Source: an uncultured archaeon
Lineage (GTDB): Archaea > Asgardarchaeota > Lokiarchaeia > Sigyniarchaeales > Promethearchaeaceae
Reading direction: 5' to 3'
Assembly (NCBI GenBank): GCA_964426185.1
Contig: CAYRPF010000005.1
Location: forward strand, 23,530-37,457
DNA: 13,928 nucleotides
In this document: positions 7,519-13,928 of the stretch, one piece after another
How the letters are laid out: every line of letters starts with the position of its first letter
Position numbering within the stretch: the stretch's first letter is position 1
Position numbers and translations under genes: made by a program
Notes under the pieces: generated by a model
The model's input: the letters and a program-made list of their open reading frames with translations, nothing else
Database searches by the model: none
What the model was told of the DNA's origin: nothing

Positions 7519-8424
7519 TTACCAATATTGACCAAAAATCATATCATATTCTTCCGGTACGAATTTTGCGGTTCCAGAACCAGAAGTGAGAGTGAGTTCA
7601 CCAAAATAGATGTCATCATCTACAGTAAAGAGATCAACCCTAACAAAATCGACCTCTTCTCCCAATTTCTCTGAAATTGCAATTAACTCATCTAAATTAT
7701 CCGGTTTTGGATCATATTCATCGCTAGTAGGTTCGCCGATAATCACATCCAGTTTTTCCCAATTGCGGGTATAGATATTTTGAATATGATTGATATATCT
7801 TTTAGTGTGCACTTCAATAAATCGAACCACGCTATGATATACATAGAATTTATAATCGATAGGAACGACATCCTTTTCATCGTTGGGTTTTATAAGTTCT
7901 TCAATTACGATTTTAGGATGAATTGGCCAATAGTGCCGTTCGTTAAAAATGATAAATTTACCATAGGTTTTTTTAAGCCACTTTTTACATTTTTGAATAA
8001 TTTCACTATGAGTATATTTCCGCTGAGAAACAAAATCAAAACCATCCTTTATTATCATAATCCATCCTGACCCGTGATTGGCTTTGATCACGTATTCTTT
8101 TGGTAATTTATCAAAGGGAATCGTTTCAGGTTTATCGGTTACATACAAGAGTTTTGCTAATTTAACACTCGTGCCTTTCGATTTTACATATTCGCGAACG
8201 GAGTATTTGTCAGCCATGGTTGTATAAATTGGAGGATAATCTTTTTGCCGCATTCTTTCCCGAATTTTATAATTAAGTGATCCTTTTTTGGGAAAATAGA
8301 TAAATGGTTTGCACACATTCTGGAACGGCGGTTTTCTGTAAATAAACAATAGCAAAAATACTAAAATCGTTAAAATCAGCAAGGTTCCTAAAATCCCAGC
8401 GATCCAAGCAAAAATGTTACTCAT
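7519..8424 (-). CDS. TupA-like ATP-grasp amidoligase with N-terminal membrane anchor
   Basis: ADKYSVREYV, YVIKANHGSGW, IVIEELI, DYKFY, FVRVDLF and YFGELTLTSGSG match the ATPgrasp_TupA pattern; residues 4-29 are hydrophobic. Confidence 0.85.
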   Translation of the reverse strand: MSNIFAWIAGILGTLLILTILVFLLLFIYRKPPFQNVCKPFIYFPKKGSLNYKIRERMRQKDYPPIYTTMADKYSVREYVKSKGTSVKLAKLLYVTDKPETIPFDKLPKEYVIKANHGSGWIMIIKDGFDFVSQRKYTHSEIIQKCKKWLKKTYGKFIIFNERHYWPIHPKIVIEELIKPNDEKDVVPIDYKFYVYHSVVRFIEVHTKRYINHIQNIYTRNWEKLDVIIGEPTSDEYDPKPDNLDELIAISEKLGEEVDFVRVDLFTVDDDIYFGELTLTSGSGTAKFVPEEYDMIFGQYW

Positions 8425-8536
8425 AAGGCAAATATTAAGAAATAGTTTAAAAATTAATCGGAACCCAATTAATTTAAATAATAAAGAGCTTTAAATGTGT
8501 TAACAATACCTCATGAAATTTGTTAATCATATTTCA

Positions 8537-8800
8537 TCAGGTTTTTGACAAGTGAAAGGAAATGTATTCAAAGCGTCTGAATTTTAAAAAATATGGCTGG
8601 ATGCAAGGGTTATCCGCAGTGACTGTATCTAACCCGGCTATTCCAGTGATTTTTCGGCTTATGAATTCGCTTCCCGTTTGTTAATCGAATTCTTGCTGGT
8701 TGTGCTCATAAAAATTGCTTTGAGTAAAACTTTCTTTCACAATTTCAAATTATTCATCCTTTTCATCTTGTTCATTATGAGCCGCCATAGAATTTACCAT
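8537..8800 (-). pseudogene. Possible degraded CDS remnant with two in-frame TAA stops
   Basis: ATG 8800 after AGGT; reads MVNSMAAHNEQDEKDE*FEIVKESFTQSNFYEHNQQEFD*QTGSEFISRKITGIAGLDTVTADNPCIQPYFLKFRRFEYISFHLSKT*. Appears more GC-rich than its flanks. Confidence 0.25.
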
Positions 8801-9658
8801 TTCGATACCTAATTTTGATGGGAAAATAAGGGATAATGTCAATATGCAAAAATCAGTAATTAAAAAACAAAATCTTCAAAAATATGCCAGATAATCCAGT
8901 GGTATTTAGAAATATTAATTCTTTACGCAATATATCTGAAAAAATAAACTTTAAATAGAATTATAACTTAGAAATTTTATAGATTGAACTATTACAGCGT
9001 TTTAACCACAGTTCATAAATTACACAGCATCACTCAAAAACCCTGGTTCGATCTTAAAAAAAATTCATAGAAATCTCAAAATTAATAAAAACTAAAATAA
9101 AAAAAACACAAGAGAGCGATTAACTTGACTATCTTTCTAAAACTAAATCACCCTGATGGCAATTTTCCCAGATATGCTTCTACCATTATCGGATCTGGGG
9201 ATCCAAATCCATTCAAAAGGATTGTTGCAATTTTGGTAAGAAATTGGGGTGTTAATTTCGAATATAGAATGAAATTCCTGCCATTTGGAAAGGTAAATCG
9301 CCTTTTGTTTTCAATTCAAAGAATTAAGTCAATTCTTACATCATTATGATTGCGGATTGATTGATTCCGAATTGGATTTATTCTTTCTTTTTGCTTGAAA
9401 ATCTGAAATTATTCTTAAATTCAGGTCAAACCTTTTCTTAGGCTGATATTTCTGAATTTAAAATTTTCAGATTGGCTGTAATGCTACTTCAAATTTCAGC
9501 CACAAAACAAATATAATGCATTTAACAAGCCAATAATCAACCAATTAGAAAGAATTACCTAAAAATAATAAAAAACCAGTAAAAGAACATCAAAATCATA
9601 TAAAATTTCCATAATTGAGAAAAAAAACAAAATAATTAAAAGCATGAAGTGAATTACG

Positions 9659-10921
9659 ATGATAAACATAGAAACACAAAGTCGAGAGCAACGGAAAGTA
9701 GAATCTGCTTTCCAAGAAAGACATTTTTCCCGATTGAAACGAAATATTGTATTGTTATACCTAATTCGGGGAATTTCCAGCATACATTTCTTCGGATCTG
9801 TTATGATACTCTTCTTCGAAGAATGGGGTGGGATATCCTTTGCAGATATTATGATCCTGGAGGCAATATTTACAGGAGGCATCTTTTTCTTGGAAATCCC
9901 TACTGGAACGGTTGCGGATAAATACAGCCGTCGCCTATCCCTAATACTATCATACTTCGTTAACATCATCGCAGTTTTAGTATACATCAGCTACCCCAGT
10001 TTTCTGGTATTTGCTGCTGGTGAATTGATTTGGGCTTTGTCCGTTGCTTTAAATTCCGGTGCGTCTGATGCATTTCTGTATGATTCTTTGGTTGAATTGC
10101 ATCAAGATCATCACTCAAAAAAATACTTTGCCCAAATGCAGTCCATCGGTTTGATTACGATGATTTTGGGCAGTATGTCCGGAGGCTTTATTGCAGCGCA
10201 GTTTGGATTGCGGGCTACTATGTTGTATTCTGCCATTCCATTGGTTATATCGTTTTTCCTAAGTTTATTTCTGGAAGAACCTAAAACCCATCAAGCCAGT
10301 CGTAAAGAACGAGCTTGGGTTATTTTTATCAAAGGATGGAAAAATATCCGAAAATCTCTCTCTCTACAGCGACTGATTGCGGATTCAGTAGTACTTTCTG
10401 TAATTGCCTACTATATCTTGTGGATTTGGCAGAAACGTGTCATGGTGTTGGAGTTGGATATCCAATGGTTTGGAATTGTCCATTCAAGCATGATTCTCGC
10501 CCAAGTTGTCGTTTTGGCCGTCTTCCGACCTTTAGAACGCTGGTTAGAGAAACGAGGTTGGCAAAAAGCTAAAATATTGGTTCTACGCGCTACAGGATTA
10601 GGAACAGGTGTTGGATTCATCCTAATGGGTGTCTTTCAATCGATTGAAGTGGTGCTCGTTGGAATAATCATCGGCGCTGGTTTCGGTTTATCCCGAAGGG
10701 TAATACTTTCCAACTATATGCAGAAACATATTGAATCAGAACAGCGTGCCACAACAATTTCCACCGTTTCAATGATACGAATGCTGTTATTGTTGATATT
10801 AAATCCTATAGTCGGTCAAGCGGTTGAATGGAATATGAATGCCACACTGATTATATTAGGCGCAATCGCAGTGTTATGGTGTGTTTTTAATCGACTGCGA
10901 CAATCTGATTTACATGAATGA
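9659..10921 (+). CDS. MFS transporter
   Basis: About 12 TM segments; LEIPTGTVADKYSRR (motif A), SGASDAFLYDSL, IESEQRATTIS. Confidence 0.9.
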   Translation: MINIETQSREQRKVESAFQERHFSRLKRNIVLLYLIRGISSIHFFGSVMILFFEEWGGISFADIMILEAIFTGGIFFLEIPTGTVADKYSRRLSLILSYFVNIIAVLVYISYPSFLVFAAGELIWALSVALNSGASDAFLYDSLVELHQDHHSKKYFAQMQSIGLITMILGSMSGGFIAAQFGLRATMLYSAIPLVISFFLSLFLEEPKTHQASRKERAWVIFIKGWKNIRKSLSLQRLIADSVVLSVIAYYILWIWQKRVMVLELDIQWFGIVHSSMILAQVVVLAVFRPLERWLEKRGWQKAKILVLRATGLGTGVGFILMGVFQSIEVVLVGIIIGAGFGLSRRVILSNYMQKHIESEQRATTISTVSMIRMLLLLILNPIVGQAVEWNMNATLIILGAIAVLWCVFNRLRQSDLHE

Positions 10922-10922
10922 T

Positions 10923-10968
10923 GGCCGAGCTGTTGATTCTCGGTTTTTTTTAATTTTTTTAATTTTTA
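10923..10968 (+). terminator. Hairpin plus T-tract terminator
   Basis: GGCCGAG (10923-10929) pairs with CTCGGTT (10939-10945), followed by repeated T runs directly after the MFS stop. Confidence 0.7.
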
Positions 10969-11279
10969 TAAGATGCCAAAAGAGAAGAAGAAACGAAGTC
11001 AAATTGAATCTTTTCCGAGTTGTGCAGATATTTCTTGTATATTAGATTTAATATATGGGGGAAAAGGCTTATTATTGTAAATTACCGGAATTAATATTGC
11101 CATGATATAAAGAATAAAAGATGAATAATAAATCAATTCTCCTAATTATCTATATTAATGCAGCTGAATAAGGAATAATGAGCGAATCAATAAAATATTT
11201 AGAACATGTTATCCAAGGGTATAAAAAAAAGAAATTGGGGAGATCTTTAAATTTATAGTTCGATTTGAAAATTAATCTC

Positions 11280-11780
11280 TTAAGAAATATTTTTTACTAA
11301 ATCTGCGGTTAAAGAAATCCAATGCTGGATGTAAAAAATAAAATCTTGGCGAGATTTGAACTCAATTTGGATTAAATTAAAATCGGTGGGAGAAACACGG
11401 ATATTGGTATTAATTTTATTAAAACTCTCCTGTAGAATATCGAATACCAACTCAGAATTTTTCATATCACATTCAATATTAAATATCAAATTATTTTGCT
11501 GAAAATCAAAATTAGCAAGAATATCCAGCACTTTTTGGTTTACTTGGGGAGGATTCTGCTTTACATCCAGCAGTTTTCTTTTTATAATGCTAGGATCTCG
11601 AATTTTTTCGAAAAACTCCATATTTCTGACAATAAATACAAAACCCTTTGAGATTTCTTCTAAGAAGAAGGGAATTTTATTAGCATGATAAAGATTATTG
11701 AGATAATCGTAGTGTTTTTGTATTCCTCTGAAAATATCTGGATAATTACTGGTAATTTTCAATACAACCGATTGATCCAC
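11280..11780 (-). CDS. Hypothetical soluble protein (166 aa)
   Basis: Long ORF in AT-rich DNA; GTG start preceded by a strong purine-rich SD (GGGAGGGAGAAAG). No family recognised. Confidence 0.7.
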   Translation of the reverse strand: MDQSVVLKITSNYPDIFRGIQKHYDYLNNLYHANKIPFFLEEISKGFVFIVRNMEFFEKIRDPSIIKRKLLDVKQNPPQVNQKVLDILANFDFQQNNLIFNIECDMKNSELVFDILQESFNKINTNIRVSPTDFNLIQIEFKSRQDFIFYIQHWISLTADLVKNIS

Positions 11781-11874
11781 CTTTCTCCCTCCCTATATTT
11801 CAATTCATGAATCCAAGTTCCAATTAAGGTTATTTTTACAACTTAAATAATTTGTGTAAAAGTACTATTGCAGA

Positions 11875-11927
11875 ACATAAAAATAGTTTGCTTTCGAATT
11901 ACATAAAAATAGTTTTGCTTTCGAATT
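11875..11927. repeat. Tandem duplication (26/27 bp)
   Basis: ACATAAAAATAGTTTGCTTTCGAATT (11875-11900) then ACATAAAAATAGTTTTGCTTTCGAATT (11901-11927); the copies differ by one T. Confidence 0.9.
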
Positions 11928-12646
11928 ATCTAGTGGTGACAGGGCCGAAAATGGTAAAGAGTATCGAGAAGCGAATTCGTGCTTGTATAATCTGCCAAAA
12001 TAATCGAATCTGTTATTTCAGAAGTAAATGATCGAATCTGTGATTTTGTTTTTTAATCAATTTTTAATATTTTCTTCTTAAATTGAGTTAACTATGAATT
12101 AATCATCCAAACAAAAAGTATTATAAATCTCAATTGCAAATTAAATTAAAAATCAAAATTTTATGTCATAATTAGTTGTATTGGCTATGAGCAAATAGAT
12201 CGAAATTATAATAAAGTTTTGCAATTTAGTAATTATCTGCTCTCTATCTTCCATATTTTTTATGTTTGTAGCTTTCCCAAAGAGAAATTTGTCACGAAAT
12301 TTTTATGTTAATTGCACCATAATAACTTTTTTATCAGCCGTATTTTTTTCTCACTCCTCATCATTTCGCATAATTTTTTAGATTTGCTGGGTAACCTTAC
12401 AGAAAACTTAGAAATTTTAACTTTCTTCAATATCGTGAGATGTTCACAATCATGCAATTTTTTCGCTTTTTTAGAATTTACATGCCAAATATTCTCTCTT
12501 TTCCCAAAAATTTTATGTTAATTCATGATAAGCACAATAAATTTTGGGAAATTAACTGGTCAATAAGGAAAAATTTTGACTCCCTATCATCTTTTTTTTT
12601 GTCGAACCACACTAATCCGACCATCTTATTCACCCGATCGGCCCAA

Positions 12647-12761
12647 AATTCCCAAACATTTAAATACCTAGACTGAAATATATAAATTAGATTGCGGAGG
12701 AAATTGGGGTAATTCGTGCAACATCGCCCCATAAAATGCAATCTAAAACGGAGAGATTATT
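12647..12761 (+). promoter_or_regulatory. Histone promoter and structured 5' leader
   Basis: TTTAAATA at 12659-12666 (alternative TATATAAA at 12679-12686); TTAGATTGC (12687-12695) pairs perfectly with GCAATCTAA (12738-12746); inner TGGGGT/GCCCCA; SD GGAGA from 12750. Confidence 0.6.
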
Positions 12762-12980
12762 ATGGCTAAAAAGAAAAGATCTTTTGCATGGTCGCCTGTG
12801 CGTAAATTAATGAAGAAAAGCGGAGCAAATATTGTTGCTCGTGATGCCGTTGAAGCATTGATTATTGATTTAGAAAAAACCGCTACAAAATTAACCAAGA
12901 AAGCCTTGGGATTTGCTAAACACGCAAAACGGAAAAAGATTGCTAAAGAAGATATGGATTTAGCAATTAAATATTTGTAA
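12762..12980 (+). CDS. Archaeal histone (HMf-like, nucleosomal type) with short basic N-terminal extension
   Basis: Canonical spacing: alpha1 WSPVRKLMKKSGA, L1 IVARDA, alpha2, AKHAKRKKIAKEDMDLA keeping the His/Asp/Leu four-helix-bundle residues; full alpha3; SD present. Confidence 0.95.
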   Translation: MAKKKRSFAWSPVRKLMKKSGANIVARDAVEALIIDLEKTATKLTKKALGFAKHAKRKKIAKEDMDLAIKYL

Positions 12981-13017
12981 TCGCAAACGATTACGTTTTT
13001 TTATTTCTTTCTTTTTT
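12976..13017 (+). terminator. Stop-codon-overlapping hairpin plus U-tract
   Basis: GTAATCG-caaa-CGATTAC (12977-12994), a perfect 7-bp stem with 4-nt loop; T7 at 12996-13002 and further T runs. Confidence 0.75.
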
Positions 13018-13034
13018 CAAATTCAAACCTTTTC

Positions 13035-13211
13035 TCAGGAGCTGAGATCGTCAGCAGAGATGTAATGGAAGTTCTCTTTGATTATTCAGAGAAACTAGTG
13101 AATATGTTAACTGAATCGGCGATTACTTCTGCGAAGCTCTCGAAACGGAAGAAGGTTTCGAAGGGCTATATGGAATTGACAATAGAAAATTTATTGCTTA
13201 TATTCAAATAA
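13035..13211 (+). pseudogene. 5'-truncated histone paralog remnant (lacks alpha1 and the original start)
   Basis: Translates SGAEIVSRDVMEVLFDYSEKLVNMLTESAITSAKLSKRKKVSKGYMELTIENLLLIFK*; 25/53 identical, ungapped, to residues 20-72 of the upstream histone. Confidence 0.85.
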
Positions 13212-13232
13212 AGCAAAATTATATATATTTTA

Positions 13233-13632
13233 ATGAAGAAAGTTCGATTAGAACGGTATTTAGATAAAATTCAGATAATTAAAGGAAATTTGGATGATAC
13301 TCAATCTTGGATCAATGAGATCGCTGAAATAGATTATCAACAAGTTCCAAAAAAGGAAAAATACGCCATTTTTCATGCATATCAAATAGTTGTAGAGGCA
13401 ATTTCCGATATTTCAGCCATGATATTATTCAAACCTCGATTTACTCTGTGATAGTAATATTATCTCTCGAAAAATACTCCAAGAACTTAAATATGCGTAT
13501 GGATTGCGAAATCGGATTGTACATGAATATAATGGTATAGTGGACAAACTTGCTTTTCAAGGAATTGAAAATAATATCGAAATTTTTCTTCAATATGTGG
13601 AGTTGATCTCCCAATGGTTAAATCAAGCATAA
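13233..13632 (+). pseudogene. hepT: HepT-like (DUF86/HEPN) RNase toxin, frameshifted near 13423-13450
   Basis: The N-terminal half (YAIFHAYQIVVEAISDISAM) stops at 13451. The +1 frame from 13423 reads YYSNLDLLCDSNIISRKILQELKYAYGLRNRIVHEYNGIVDKLAF...SQWLNQA* and holds the RX4HXY motif. Confidence 0.85.
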
Positions 13633-13928
13633 TAAAGCAAATAGCTGCCGATTTTGAGTTTTTACTTAGTCATCCTTCATTTTTAGGGATGATATTATAT
13701 GGTTCATGGGTACATGAAATGAATTCAGTCCGCAGTGATGTTGATTTATGTATTGTCGAAAATTCTAACAATCCGATTAAACTCTACAAGGAAATTTGCG
13801 TTCGGGTAGATATTTACAGGAAGAAATACGACATTCAGTTTTTTTCGGAAATTCCATGGTATTTAAAAGGCAGGGTGATTGAAGAAGGAATTACAGTATT
13901 GACACCTGACAAACCGAAGCTTTTTGAA
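13614..13928 (+). CDS. mntA: Minimal nucleotidyltransferase (MntA-like antitoxin), runs off the window edge
   Basis: ATG 13614, open to the end (105 codons): ILYGSWVHEMNSVRSDVDLCIV is an exact GSX10DXD; YDIQFFSEIPWYLKGRVIEEG; overlaps the toxin stop by 19 bp. Confidence 0.88.
   Translation, partial: MVKSSIIKQIAADFEFLLSHPSFLGMILYGSWVHEMNSVRSDVDLCIVENSNNPIKLYKEICVRVDIYRKKYDIQFFSEIPWYLKGRVIEEGITVLTPDKPKLFE

Noticed and set aside
4293-8070. Short ORFs inside the MTase, plsC, MFS and ATP-grasp genes (4293-4517, 5367-5558, 5379-5684, 5530-5721, 6560-6757, 7780-8070)
   Set aside because: Shadow or alternative-frame ORFs without independent evidence.
8593-8649. + strand MAGCKGYPQ-TGA-... as a possible selenoprotein
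   Set aside because: No recognisable selenoprotein motif or SECIS-like element, and the frame is very short.
9125-9408. + ORF 9125-9349 and the in-register minus frame broken by two TGA codons (9318-9316, 9150-9148)
   Set aside because: TTG start without clear SD and no recognisable domain on either strand. TGA is an ordinary stop in this window (MFS, 10919-10921), so recoding is unsupported. It could be a relic, but I cannot support a call.
9559-10620. ORFs 9559-9987 -, 9649-9921 +, 10315-10572 +, 10411-10620 -
   Set aside because: They overlap the MFS gene 9659-10921 in other frames or on the opposite strand.
10973-11258. Two tiny + strand ORFs (MPKEKKKRSQ..., MSESIKYLEH...)
   Set aside because: 35 and 26 aa with no motif; compatible with chance in AT-rich DNA.
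11781-12646. Replication origin or CRISPR array in the long AT-rich intergenic region
   Set aside because: No ORB-like elements with G-strings and no orc1/cdc6 in the window. The repeats lack regular unique spacers and no cas genes are present.
12312-12741. ORFs 12312-12521 +, 12440-12676 +, 12523-12741 -
   Set aside because: Mutually overlapping, low-complexity translations (F/I/N-rich on the + strand) lying over the histone upstream and promoter region, with no SD or domain.

Overview
AT-rich archaeal window, most likely from an Asgard (Lokiarchaeia-like) genome. That assignment is inferred from the histone sequence style and TATA/BRE-type promoters, not from a search. It has histone genes near both ends: a divergent histone with truncated alpha3 and a basic loop insertion (52-282, -), and a canonical nucleosomal-type histone (12762-12980, +). 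The second is followed in frame by a decayed histone paralog the ORF track misses (13035-13211), then a HepT/MntA (HEPN-MNT) toxin-antitoxin pair with a frameshifted toxin. Between them lie a small membrane protein, a B12-binding radical SAM enzyme, a DUF362 Fe-S protein with a C-terminal anchor, an orphan beta-class DNA amino-methyltransferase, a PlsC-type acyltransferase, two MFS transporters, a membrane-anchored TupA-like ATP-grasp and a hypothetical protein. The most notable unexplained signal is a set of cis elements shared by the two dissimilar histone genes: the same TATA box, a leader hairpin, GGAGA..GATTATTATGG at the start, and a TAATCG stem-loop over the stop codon. Two operator-like repeat structures sit before the radical SAM and plsC genes. 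All calls come from motif reading by eye; no searches were run.
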